From an uncultured Methanosarcinales archaeon (GTDB taxonomy: Archaea; Nanobdellota; Nanobdellia; Woesearchaeales; CAYNLP01): a stretch of 20,000 bases of DNA. The position numbers and the translations under genes were made by a program. The notes under the pieces were generated by a model. It saw only the letters and a program-made list of their open reading frames with translations, did no database searches and was not told the origin of the DNA. Positions 6,688 to 16,062 of this stretch are shown one piece after another (position 1 is the stretch's first letter; each line of letters opens with the position of its first letter). The DNA lies in NCBI GenBank assembly GCA_964398115.1, contig CAYNLP010000003.1:49586-69585 (forward strand), given 5' to 3'.

Positions 6688-9309
6688 ATGGAAGCTTACA
6701 GCAAGGATAAAAAAGAGGTGTTAGACTTCTATAGCTCTTCAGAAAGTGGTCTTTCTAGCAGTGAAGCCGAACAGCATTTAGAAAAGTATGGTGAGAACGA
6801 GATTGAACAAGGTGAAGAAATAAGCCGACTGGAAATATTTCTAGAACAGTTCAAAAGTTCTATAGTGTGGGTTTTGATAGTAGCCACAGTAATATCGGCA
6901 TTGCTAGGTGAATGGATTGATGCAACCGCTATCTTGATAATACTGGTTTTGAACGCAATACTTGGATATATACAAGAGTTTAGAGCAGAGAAATCAATTG
7001 AAGAGTTGAAAAAGCTTGCCGCGCCAAAAGCCACAGTTTTGAGAGATGGTAAACCAGTTGAGGTTGAATCTAAAAATGTAGTACCAGGAGATGTTTTATT
7101 ATTAGAAACTGGTGATAAAATCCCAGCTGATGCTAGAATTCTTAACTCTGACAGTTTACAAACTCAAGAAGCTGTACTGACAGGAGAGTCAGTCCCTGTT
7201 AAAAAACATTCTGACACTCTCACTAATGGTTTAGAGGTTGGAGAACGTAAAAACATGATTTTCTCAGGTACTGTCGTGACTAAAGGAAAAGGTAAGGCAG
7301 TAGTTACCGAAACAGGTATGCATACTGAAATGGGGCAAATCGCTGATATGATACAAAGCAGCGGAGAATCTATGACTCCATTACAGGAGAAACTGGATGT
7401 TTTAGGTCACAAGCTGGGAATTTTAACTTTAGTTGTTTCTGCTGTTGTTTTCTTAGTAGGTGTTTTCAGCGGTAGAAGCATGTTAGAGATGTTCTTGATA
7501 GCGGTTAGCTTAGCTGTCGCAGCTATTCCTGAAGGCCTTCCGGCAGTCATTACTATATCCCTTTCGTATGGGGTTCAGAGGATGTTGGATGAAAACGCGT
7601 TGGTTAGGAGACTTCCTAGCGTGGAAACTTTGGGGAGTACTACTGTTATTTGTACGGATAAGACTGGCACTTTAACTCACAATGAAATGACTGTGACGAA
7701 GTTGTTTGTAGATGATAGAGTTGTGGATGTGACGGGTCGAGGTTACGAACCTGACGGAGAAGTTCAAGGTAAAGTTGATCCGATGGTTTTCAAGATTGGC
7801 GCTTTGTGTAATGATTCAAAGTTGGTAGAAGAGGAATGGACTGTCGTTGGAGATCCAACAGAGGGTTGCCTCTTAACAAGTGCTCGAAAAGCTGGTTTGA
7901 ATGAGAAAAAGTTAGAGGATGAAGAACCTCGGATTGGTTCTATTCCATTTGATAGTAAAAGAAAGAGAATGACTACTATTCATAAAACTGGTGATGGCAG
8001 GTTTGCTTATATGAAAGGGGCTCCGGAAGTTGTTTTGGATAGGTGTGATAGGCGTTTGGTCAATGGTGAAGTTAAAGAACTAACTGATAGTGATAAGGAA
8101 GAGATATTGGAAGCTAATAAAGATTTTTCTCAAAACGCTCTGCGTGTTCTCGGATTTGCTTACAAAAAAATTGAGGAGAAAGAAGAGTACGGTGAAGAAG
8201 ACGAACAGGGCATGGTTTTTGCTGGATTACAAGGCATGATTGATCCTCCTAGAGAAGAAGTTAGAGAAGCTATCAAGAAGTGTAAGAAAGCAGGTATTAA
8301 AGTTATCATGGTTACGGGTGATCATAAAAACACTGCGCTTGCCATCGCGGACGAACTTGGTATCGAGGGCAAGGCTTTGGAAGGTAAGGATATGAAGAAC
8401 ACTAACTTGGAAGAAGAAGTTGAAGATATTGGCGTTTTTGCTCGTGTGAGTCCCGAGCATAAATTGGCTATAATCAATGCTTTGAAAGATAATGGTCATA
8501 TCGTGGCTATGACTGGTGATGGTGTTAACGACGCTCCTGCTTTGAAGAAGAGTGATATCGGTGTTGCAATGAGGATAACTGGTACGGACGTGGCTAAGGA
8601 AGCAAGTGAGATGATATTAACTGATGATAATTTTGCTAGTATTGTCAACGCTGTTGAACAAGGAAGAGGAATTTATGACAATATCAAGAAGTTTGTTAAT
8701 TACTTACTTTCTAGCAACTTCGGTGAGGTTTTAGCTTTGTTTTTAGCTATGATTATTGGATTTACTGGTTCAGATGGTAATCTTATAGTTCCTTTCCTCG
8801 CGTTACAGTTGCTATGGATTAACTTAGTTACTGATAGTTTACCAGCTCTAGCTTTAGGGGTGGATCCTCCAGAAAAAGATATAATGAGTAGGAAACCTCG
8901 AGATCCAGAAGAGAAAATTATTAATTCTAACATGGCTTGGAACATCGGGGTTATCGGAGTGTTAATAGCTATCCCTTCATTAGTCTTGTTCGACTTATAT
9001 TTGCCTTTGGAAGAAAAGGCTCGTACGATGGCAACTACTAGCTTGGTCGTGATGGAAATTGTTAGGTTACAGATGATTAGACAGAGTTATCATGTAGAAT
9101 TGGGGGACAATCCTTACTTGATATGGTCTGTGCTTGGAGTTTTGACTTTACAGTTTATTGCTGTCTACACACCATTGAACAGCATTCTTGGTTTCGTCCC
9201 ACTAGAGTTAGTAGATTGGGCATTGGTTGGTATTGGCGGTGCTCTCATGCTAATAGTTGGATTGGGAGCTAGTGGTTTGATAAAGAGATGGACTCATAAA
9301 AGAGATTGA
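6688..9309 (+). CDS. P-type cation-transporting ATPase, type IIA (SERCA-like Ca2+ pump)
   Basis: TGES, IPEGLP, DKTGTLT phosphorylation motif, KGAPE, MVTGDH, TGDGVNDAPALK. Membrane motifs SSNFGE (M5) and WINLVTD (M6). Confidence 0.96.
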   Translation: MEAYSKDKKEVLDFYSSSESGLSSSEAEQHLEKYGENEIEQGEEISRLEIFLEQFKSSIVWVLIVATVISALLGEWIDATAILIILVLNAILGYIQEFRAEKSIEELKKLAAPKATVLRDGKPVEVESKNVVPGDVLLLETGDKIPADARILNSDSLQTQEAVLTGESVPVKKHSDTLTNGLEVGERKNMIFSGTVVTKGKGKAVVTETGMHTEMGQIADMIQSSGESMTPLQEKLDVLGHKLGILTLVVSAVVFLVGVFSGRSMLEMFLIAVSLAVAAIPEGLPAVITISLSYGVQRMLDENALVRRLPSVETLGSTTVICTDKTGTLTHNEMTVTKLFVDDRVVDVTGRGYEPDGEVQGKVDPMVFKIGALCNDSKLVEEEWTVVGDPTEGCLLTSARKAGLNEKKLEDEEPRIGSIPFDSKRKRMTTIHKTGDGRFAYMKGAPEVVLDRCDRRLVNGEVKELTDSDKEEILEANKDFSQNALRVLGFAYKKIEEKEEYGEEDEQGMVFAGLQGMIDPPREEVREAIKKCKKAGIKVIMVTGDHKNTALAIADELGIEGKALEGKDMKNTNLEEEVEDIGVFARVSPEHKLAIINALKDNGHIVAMTGDGVNDAPALKKSDIGVAMRITGTDVAKEASEMILTDDNFASIVNAVEQGRGIYDNIKKFVNYLLSSNFGEVLALFLAMIIGFTGSDGNLIVPFLALQLLWINLVTDSLPALALGVDPPEKDIMSRKPRDPEEKIINSNMAWNIGVIGVLIAIPSLVLFDLYLPLEEKARTMATTSLVVMEIVRLQMIRQSYHVELGDNPYLIWSVLGVLTLQFIAVYTPLNSILGFVPLELVDWALVGIGGALMLIVGLGASGLIKRWTHKRD

Positions 9310-9316
9310 CCGATAT

Positions 9317-9324
9317 TTTTATAA
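9317..9324 (+). promoter_or_regulatory. TATA box of the metallophosphoesterase gene
   Basis: TTTTATAA ending 26 nt before ATG 9351. Confidence 0.5.
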
Positions 9325-9350
9325 TGAAGTAAGTTGTTCTTTTTATTAGA

Positions 9351-10202
9351 ATGAAATTTTTGATAATTGGTGACTTACACGGTAAAGTACCTGAATTTTA
9401 TTATGATGATTTCGACGCTATCATAGCACCGGGTGATTTCTGCAGTAGTGAAATGAGGGAATACGTTTTTGAGGCTATTGAAAGACAGAATGATGGTGAA
9501 GAAATCCAGTGGTATGACATTCCTGGCAAGGGTGAAGCGAAAGAATTAATTGAGGAAAGCCTAGAAGCGGGTCGTGAAGTTTTAGAAACTTTGAATGATA
9601 AAGGCGTTCCTGTTTACTTGGTTCCGGGCAATTGGGATTGGACGAGTCAAGTTGAAGAAGATTGGGAGTTTCTTCAAAGAGATCATTTTGAAGAAAAGTT
9701 AATCAAAGGTTTGGATAACGTTGTTAACTTAGATATGTGGATTGCCGATACGGATGGATTTCAGATAATTGGTTATGGAAGGAGTTATGGACCTGAATAT
9801 CCTCAGAGTGAGGAAGAACTTGAAGGTCTTGACTTGGATGAGTTGAAAAAGGTTAAGGATGATCATGACGAGACTTTTGACAAACTTGCCAGTTTATTTG
9901 AACAAGCTACCAAGCCTGTTATTTTCTTAACTCATAATGTTCCGTATGATACTCCTTTAGATGTTGTTGGTATGGAAGAGAGTCCGAGGCATGGAGAGCA
10001 TTATGGAAGTGTTATATCGAAAGAGTTAGTTCGGGAATATCAGCCATTAGTTTGTATTGGGAGTCATATACATGAACATTATGGACAGTGTGAGGTTGGA
10101 AACACTACTGTTATCAACTCTGGTTTTGGAAGTGACAAAAATACTTTGCTTGAAGTTGGAAATGGGAGAATTAAGAATTTGGAGTTTCATCAGACAGAGT
10201 AA
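9351..10202 (+). CDS. Calcineurin-like metallophosphoesterase (Icc-related)
   Basis: Five motifs in order: GDLHG, PGDF, PGNWD, THNVP, GSHIHE. Confidence 0.9.
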   Translation: MKFLIIGDLHGKVPEFYYDDFDAIIAPGDFCSSEMREYVFEAIERQNDGEEIQWYDIPGKGEAKELIEESLEAGREVLETLNDKGVPVYLVPGNWDWTSQVEEDWEFLQRDHFEEKLIKGLDNVVNLDMWIADTDGFQIIGYGRSYGPEYPQSEEELEGLDLDELKKVKDDHDETFDKLASLFEQATKPVIFLTHNVPYDTPLDVVGMEESPRHGEHYGSVISKELVREYQPLVCIGSHIHEHYGQCEVGNTTVINSGFGSDKNTLLEVGNGRIKNLEFHQTE

Positions 10203-10239
10203 GGTTTAAAACTATTATTACCTTTTAATTTTCTTTACT

Positions 10240-11214
10240 ATGAAAGATTTTTTAGAAAAGTTAGATACTATCCCTGATACTGAAGATATTGAGATTAAAC
10301 CTGGTTTTGAAGATCGATATAGAAAGCTTTTGGGAAGTGATTATGGAGATTTCTTAAGGTATAGTTTGTCTTTTTTGAATAAGAGTATTCGTGTGAATAC
10401 TTTGAAAGTTGACGTAGAGACTGTTAAGGAAAGATTGAGTGAGGGTTGGAGTTTGGAAAGTATTCCTTGGTGTAAGGAAGGTTTTTGGATTGAGGATAAG
10501 GAGAAGGAAAGATATGACATTGGTAATATTCCAGAGCATCAACTTGGTTATTTTTATGTTCAGGAAGCGGCTAGTATGATACCACCTCTTGTTTTAAATC
10601 CTGGTGTTGATGATAAAGTGTTGGATATGTGTGCTGCGCCTGGTAGTAAGACAACGCAGATGGCTAGTTTAATGAATAATAAAGGGGTTTTAGTTGCGAA
10701 TGATGTGAGTACTAGTCGCATGGGTGCTTTAGGTATTAATATTCAAAAGTGTGGGGTGGAGAATGCTGTCATGACTCAAATGCCTGGTCACGTGTTTAAG
10801 CATAAGGAAACACGTTTTGATAAGGTGTTGGTTGACGCACCTTGTAGTGGGACTGGCACGATAAGGACTAGTTTGAGGACTTTGAAAACTTGGAATCCTG
10901 ATAGTATTAGGAAATTGCAGGGGGTTCAAAAGCAGTTGTTGGATAGTGGTTTTGGCTCTTTGGAAAAAGGTGGTGTAGTGGTTTATAGTACTTGTACTTT
11001 AGAGCCGGAGGAGAATGAAGAGGTTGTTACTTACTTGTTGGATAAGTATGAAGGTGCTGAGCTTGTAAGTTTTGATTTAGATATTAATGAGAGTGAAGTG
11101 GTGAGGGAGTTTAATGGAGAGAGTTATCATAGAGATATTGATAAGTGTTTGAGGATTTATCCGCAGGATAATAACACTGAGGGTTTCTTTGTTGCTAAGA
11201 TTAAGAAGAAATAG
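10240..11214 (+). CDS. RsmB/NOP2/NSUN family RNA cytosine-C5 methyltransferase
   Basis: SIRVNTLK, FYVQEAASM, VLDMCAAPGSKT (SAM binding), FDKVLVDAPCSGTG (motif IV Cys), VYSTCTLEPEENE (motif VI Cys), EGFFVAK. Possible TATA TTTAAAA at 10205-10211. Confidence 0.96.
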   Translation: MKDFLEKLDTIPDTEDIEIKPGFEDRYRKLLGSDYGDFLRYSLSFLNKSIRVNTLKVDVETVKERLSEGWSLESIPWCKEGFWIEDKEKERYDIGNIPEHQLGYFYVQEAASMIPPLVLNPGVDDKVLDMCAAPGSKTTQMASLMNNKGVLVANDVSTSRMGALGINIQKCGVENAVMTQMPGHVFKHKETRFDKVLVDAPCSGTGTIRTSLRTLKTWNPDSIRKLQGVQKQLLDSGFGSLEKGGVVVYSTCTLEPEENEEVVTYLLDKYEGAELVSFDLDINESEVVREFNGESYHRDIDKCLRIYPQDNNTEGFFVAKIKKK

Positions 11215-11215
11215 T

Positions 11216-11653
11216 TTACTTTCTTGCTTTTTCGATCTTGCCTTCTAGGAGGGCTTCTAGGCTTTGGTCGTTTACTTTGATAACTTCCCATCGTACTCCT
11301 GGAATGTCTCCTTTGCTTTTTCCCATGCTTCCTCCAATGCATTCGATGGTTACTTCGTCGTGTTCGTCAATTAATTTAATCGCGTCTTCTCCGGGTACGA
11401 ACGCGCTTACTTGCTTTCCGTTTTTGATAAGTTGGACTCTCACACATTTTCTCATAGCGCTGTTTGGTTGTTTAGCTTCTAACTGCATTTTTTCTAAGAC
11501 TATTCCGGATGCTTGGCTAGCTCCGCTAAGAGGATCGCTTTTTTCTTTCAAGCCGTAGAGCTTGCTGACGTATTCCTGGTTGGACTTTCTGTGCTTTTTC
11601 CTTCTATCGTTAAGTTTTTTTCCAGCGTTTAGTCCGTTTGCTTTTTTTCCCAT
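11216..11653 (-). CDS. rps12: 30S ribosomal protein S12 (uS12)
   Basis: [22 protein letters not shown]...IDEHDEV...GDIPGVR; archaeal type. Confidence 0.98.
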   Translation of the reverse strand: MGKKANGLNAGKKLNDRRKKHRKSNQEYVSKLYGLKEKSDPLSGASQASGIVLEKMQLEAKQPNSAMRKCVRVQLIKNGKQVSAFVPGEDAIKLIDEHDEVTIECIGGSMGKSKGDIPGVRWEVIKVNDQSLEALLEGKIEKARK

Positions 11654-12075
11654 TATCCTTCAACCTTTATATCTTCAAATTCGAAGTAGTGGTCGACGAT
11701 TTTTTTCATCTTTTTGAGGTTTCGACCGTTTCGTCCTATGATAAGACCGTTGGTTTGTGAGTCTCCTCCGTCGATTCGGATGATTCCGTCGTCGTCTTCA
11801 ATCTTTTCAAGTTCTAAGGGATTTAAAAAGTTTACTATGAATTGTATGATGTCGTTGTCGTATTCGACTATTTTCACTTTTTCGTTGATCATATCTTGTA
11901 TTTTCTTAACGTTTTTCTTGTTACGTCCGAGGGCTTTTCCCATTTCGCCTTCTTGTACTATGTATGTGAGTCGGTCTCTGTAGTAAAAGGCGTCTTTGAC
12001 TTTTGCCCCTGTTTGGTCTTCAAACAAGGTTATTTTTTTGATTAGTTCTGTGTCGTACTTCACTTTAGAAAGCAC
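11653..12075 (-). CDS. nusA: Archaeal NusA (two KH domains)
   Basis: [10 protein letters not shown] and [13 protein letters not shown] motifs; canonical position between rpl30e and rps12; GTG start. Confidence 0.93.
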   Translation of the reverse strand: MLSKVKYDTELIKKITLFEDQTGAKVKDAFYYRDRLTYIVQEGEMGKALGRNKKNVKKIQDMINEKVKIVEYDNDIIQFIVNFLNPLELEKIEDDDGIIRIDGGDSQTNGLIIGRNGRNLKKMKKIVDHYFEFEDIKVEG

Positions 12076-12336
12076 CTATTTTTTGCGGGCTAGAACTGTG
12101 ATTGGGTATGGTTCTCTGCAGAGAACGCCTACTTCTTCATTTGTCATGTCTAGTTCTTCTAGTTCTGTCCCGTTCATGTTGCAGTATCTTTTCAAATCTT
12201 TGAGAACTTTTTCGGGTGTGTTGTTAGCTGTGAATACTTTGTCTAATTCGTCTTTTTTGAGCATTTTCTTCACTTCTTCTGTTCCTTTTACTATTTGTTC
12301 TGTGTCTGCTATTTCTCTTACTTCTTTTTGTGTCAT
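12076..12336 (-). CDS. rpl30e: 50S ribosomal protein L30e (eL30)
   Basis: L7Ae/L30e fold (G.EEVKK...VFTANN.P...NEEVGVLCREPYPITVL); canonical position after rpoA''. Confidence 0.88.
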   Translation of the reverse strand: MTQKEVREIADTEQIVKGTEEVKKMLKKDELDKVFTANNTPEKVLKDLKRYCNMNGTELEELDMTNEEVGVLCREPYPITVLARKK

Positions 12337-12339
12337 TTT

Positions 12340-13479
12340 TTATTCACTTTGTTTTTTTGTTACTAGTCTTGGTAATCCTGTCCCGACTGGTATGGGTTGG
12401 TTTATCATAACGTTTTCGATTACGCTGTTGAGTTCGTCTATTTCTCCTATTAGGCTTGCGTTTATTATGTGTTTGAGTGGTGTTTCGAAGCTTGCTCTTG
12501 CTAGCACGCTTGGTTTTTCTTTTACAATGCCGTATCGGGTTATTCCTTGGAGTTCTCCGCTCATTGTCATTAGATCAGCTACGAGCATTATGTGTCGGAT
12601 GTCGATGTTGATACCTTGGCTTTCTGTTACTTGGTTGACTTCGTTTATTATGGCTTGTCTTACGGCTTCGACTCCGAAGCATTCTTCTATTTCGTATAGG
12701 TCATTGCTTGTAGTTCTTGTTGGATCGACTTCTTTGTACTTTAACACTCTTTTCAAGTTGGTGCCTGATGTTACGATGACGTATTCGTCTCCTCTTTTTA
12801 CTGGGAGTACTTGGTCTATTCCGTTTATTCCGCTGATGTATACGTCTTTAATTTTTTCTTTTAGTTTGTATATATCTCCGGCTTCTTGGCCTTCGGCTGG
12901 TTTGATTACTATTGTTGTGTCTTCTAGGGTTAGGTTGAATTTTTTGTAGGGTTTCTTTCTTTTTACTTTGCCGAATACTCTTCTTGCGCTTAGGCTGTAG
13001 TTTTCTAGTTTGTTTTTGCTTAGTTTAACTTTTAGGCTTGATTCTGCCATGTCTATGCTTATTTCTTCTATTAGGTCTTTAACTCTGGTTTCTTTGATTC
13101 TTTCGGCTATTTTTTTGACTTGTTCTTCGTCTTGTTGGTATTCTTCTTGTAGGTATATTTCCATCATTTCTGTGCTTAATGTTTTTCTTGCGTCTAGGAT
13201 TTCGATTAGTCTGGGTAGGCCTGTTGTGACGTTCATTTCTGCTACTCCTGCGAAGTGGAACGTGTTCAGAGTCATCTGTGTTCCTGGTTCTCCTATGCTT
13301 TCTGCTCCGACGAGTCCTACGCTTTCCCCTGGTTCGGCGAGGCTTTTCTTGTATTCTTGGTGTACGCGGTCCATTATTTGTTCTATTTCGTTATCGGACG
13401 CGTCTGCTGGTAGGTTATCTTTGACGTCTTGGATTACTTGTTTTGGTAGTTTGTCTTCGTATTCTTCGACTACGCTCAT
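12340..13479 (-). CDS. rpoA2: DNA-directed RNA polymerase subunit A'' (Rpo1C)
   Basis: [21 protein letters not shown] trigger loop, [44 protein letters not shown] upstream; ATGA overlap with rpoA'. Confidence 0.98.
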   Translation of the reverse strand: MSVVEEYEDKLPKQVIQDVKDNLPADASDNEIEQIMDRVHQEYKKSLAEPGESVGLVGAESIGEPGTQMTLNTFHFAGVAEMNVTTGLPRLIEILDARKTLSTEMMEIYLQEEYQQDEEQVKKIAERIKETRVKDLIEEISIDMAESSLKVKLSKNKLENYSLSARRVFGKVKRKKPYKKFNLTLEDTTIVIKPAEGQEAGDIYKLKEKIKDVYISGINGIDQVLPVKRGDEYVIVTSGTNLKRVLKYKEVDPTRTTSNDLYEIEECFGVEAVRQAIINEVNQVTESQGINIDIRHIMLVADLMTMSGELQGITRYGIVKEKPSVLARASFETPLKHIINASLIGEIDELNSVIENVMINQPIPVGTGLPRLVTKKQSE

Positions 13480-16049
13480 TCTTCTGTCACCTCATCGATT
13501 ATGTCTCTGACGTTAAGCCGTCCTTCTTCGCTTTTGCTTACGTCTAAACCGTCTTCTCCGTAGTTGTATTGTACGATTCTTCCGGCGGCTTCTCTCACGG
13601 TGAAATCATATTCGACTTTGAGGTCTTGCAATGCATTTGCGAGTCTTCTGTATAGATATCCTGATTTGGGTGTTCTTAATGCTGTGTCCATAAGGCTGTC
13701 TCTTCCAGTCATTGCCATGAAGAACATTTCGTGTGGGTCTAGTCCTTCTTTGAAGCCGTGTTGTATGAATCCTCGAGCGGCGGGTTTTAAGTCGTTTCTT
13801 TTGAACGCGCTTAAGGTTCTGTCTTTATATCCGGTTTCGATTCTTCCTCCTCGTAGGGCTTGTTGTCCTACACACGCGGCCATTTGTGCTACGTTGATGA
13901 GGTTTCCTCGAGCTCCGGATTTGACCATGCTCATCGTGTTTGAGTGTTGTTTGGCTTTTTGTGCTACGACTTTTCCGCTTTCGTTTCTTGCTTTGTTTAG
14001 TCTTTCTAAAATTTTGAGTTCTAGTGTTTCTCTCAGGTCTCTTCCTGGTATTAGGTCGAGTTCGCCTTGTTCATATTTTTTGATTAGGTCATCTACGTCT
14101 TTGTTTGCGTTTTCAATGATTTTTTGTACTTCTTCTTCGGCTTCTGGTGTTAGGTCTACATCTGCTAAGCCGCTTGTAAAGCCGAATTTGGTTAGGACTT
14201 CTAGTCCGAGTCTGTATATGTGTTCCATTATTTCTACGGATTTGTCTTCTCCGTATTTCTTGTGTAGTCTTCTTAGGAGGAGTCCGCTGCCGACACCGAT
14301 GTTTCCATCGTTTAATATGCCTTCTTTCATTTCTCCGTTTTCTATGAGTACGGCGTCTTCGTCGTCTTTTCTTTCTTTGTAGTTGAAGTCTTCGGGCATG
14401 ATGCAGCTGAATACTTCTTTACCTTCTAGGACTTTTTTGTCTGGTAGGTTGGAGAAGTCTGTGACTCCTATGCTTGCTAGTAGGTCGATGGCTTCTTCTT
14501 TTGTAACGCTTAGGTATTTGGTTAAGAGGTAGTTTCCTGAAATGGCGTCTTGGATGCATCCTATGATGCTAAGTCCGTATCTTGGGCTGATCATTTGTGT
14601 TTGTACTTTCATTAAGAGTTCTGCTTCAGCTCTTGCTTCTTCGGTTTGTGGTATGTGGAGGTTCATCTCGTCTCCGTCGAAGTCTGCGTTGTATGGTGGA
14701 CACACGGCGGGGTTTAGCCTTAGTGTGTTTCCTGGTAGGACTTTTACTTTATGGCACATCATGCTCATTCTGTGTAGGCTTGGTTGTCTGTTAAAGAGTG
14801 CGATGTCGCCATCGAGTAGGTGTCTTTCTACTTTGAATCCTGGTTCTAGTTCTTCTAGGAGTGTTTCTTTGGTTTCTTCTGTTATTTTCTTTCTTCTTCC
14901 GTCTGGTCTTATTATATAGTTAGCTCCTGGGTATTGTTCTGTTCCGTTTTGTATGAATTTCTTTAGGTAGTCTTTATTCCATTCTGTGACTTTTTCTGGA
15001 ACGGTTAGTTTTTTGGCCATTAGTTCGGGTACTCCAACGTCGTTGATTCCGAGCATTGGGTCTGGGCTTATTACGGTTCTTGCTGAAAAGTTGGTTCTTT
15101 TTCCTGCTAGGTTGTTCCTTATTCTTCCTTCTTTGCTCTTTATTCTTTGTGTTAACGTCTTTAATGGTTGTCCGCTTCTGTGCCTGGCTGGTGGTAGTTG
15201 ACTTACTGTGTTGTCGAAGAAGGTGGTGACGTGGTATTGTAGTAGGTCCCATAGGTCTTCTATGATTATTTCGGGTGCTCCTGCGTTGATGTTTTCGAAT
15301 AGTCTTTGGTTTATTCTTACTACGTCTCCAAGTTTGTGTGTTAGGTCGTCTTCGCTTCTTTCTCCGCTTTCTAGTGTGATGCTTGGTCTGGTCGTTACTG
15401 GTGGTATTGGTAGGACGGTTAATACCATCCATTCTGGTCTTACAACTTCTGGGTTCATACCGAAGATTTTGCAGTCTTGGTCGGTTATTTTTTCAAGCCA
15501 TACTCTGATTTCGATTGGGCTTAGTCTTTTGTCTCCTGCCATGAAAGTTGTTGGTTTTTCTAAGGTTATTTTGTCTTGTTCTGTTTCGCAGTGTGGACAT
15601 TTCTTGATTGTTCTTAGTTTTTTGATAATTTCTTTTACTCTTTGTCTTTTTTCTTCGTCTCCGAATTTTTCTTCAATTTCATCTAGTTCATCTTTGTAGT
15701 CTTCTAAATCACTGTCTGGGATTAGTATCCTTCCGCATTCTTGACAGCTACTTCTTAAGAGGTCTTTTACTATTTTTACGTATTTGTAGTGGATTACTGG
15801 CCTTGCTAGTTCGATGTATCCGAAGTGTCCTGTGCATTCTTTGAGTTTACTTCCGCACGTTTTGCATTTGAGGCCTGGGTCGATGACTCCCATTCTTACG
15901 TCCATTAGGCCTCCGTCTACTGGGTAGCCTTCTTTGTCGTATAGTTCTGGAGTTACTACTTTCGCAGCTGCCATTTCTTTTATGAATGATGGGCTCATAA
16001 CTCCGAAAGTGATTTCATCGACGAATTTGTAAACTGGAATGTTTGCCAT
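13476..16049 (-). CDS. rpoA1: DNA-directed RNA polymerase subunit A' (Rpo1N)
   Basis: CKTC..C.GHFG zinc site, catalytic [35 protein letters not shown] bridge helix; SD GGAGG upstream. No intein visible. Confidence 0.98.
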   Translation of the reverse strand: MANIPVYKFVDEITFGVMSPSFIKEMAAAKVVTPELYDKEGYPVDGGLMDVRMGVIDPGLKCKTCGSKLKECTGHFGYIELARPVIHYKYVKIVKDLLRSSCQECGRILIPDSDLEDYKDELDEIEEKFGDEEKRQRVKEIIKKLRTIKKCPHCETEQDKITLEKPTTFMAGDKRLSPIEIRVWLEKITDQDCKIFGMNPEVVRPEWMVLTVLPIPPVTTRPSITLESGERSEDDLTHKLGDVVRINQRLFENINAGAPEIIIEDLWDLLQYHVTTFFDNTVSQLPPARHRSGQPLKTLTQRIKSKEGRIRNNLAGKRTNFSARTVISPDPMLGINDVGVPELMAKKLTVPEKVTEWNKDYLKKFIQNGTEQYPGANYIIRPDGRRKKITEETKETLLEELEPGFKVERHLLDGDIALFNRQPSLHRMSMMCHKVKVLPGNTLRLNPAVCPPYNADFDGDEMNLHIPQTEEARAEAELLMKVQTQMISPRYGLSIIGCIQDAISGNYLLTKYLSVTKEEAIDLLASIGVTDFSNLPDKKVLEGKEVFSCIMPEDFNYKERKDDEDAVLIENGEMKEGILNDGNIGVGSGLLLRRLHKKYGEDKSVEIMEHIYRLGLEVLTKFGFTSGLADVDLTPEAEEEVQKIIENANKDVDDLIKKYEQGELDLIPGRDLRETLELKILERLNKARNESGKVVAQKAKQHSNTMSMVKSGARGNLINVAQMAACVGQQALRGGRIETGYKDRTLSAFKRNDLKPAARGFIQHGFKEGLDPHEMFFMAMTGRDSLMDTALRTPKSGYLYRRLANALQDLKVEYDFTVREAAGRIVQYNYGEDGLDVSKSEEGRLNVRDIIDEVTEE

Positions 16050-16062
16050 TTTTTGCCTCCGT

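Noticed and set aside
14974..15432. 152-aa very basic alternative-frame ORF inside rpoA'
   Set aside because: Frame-shifted reading of A-rich codons gives K/R/N/T/Q low complexity; fully nested in a conserved essential gene.
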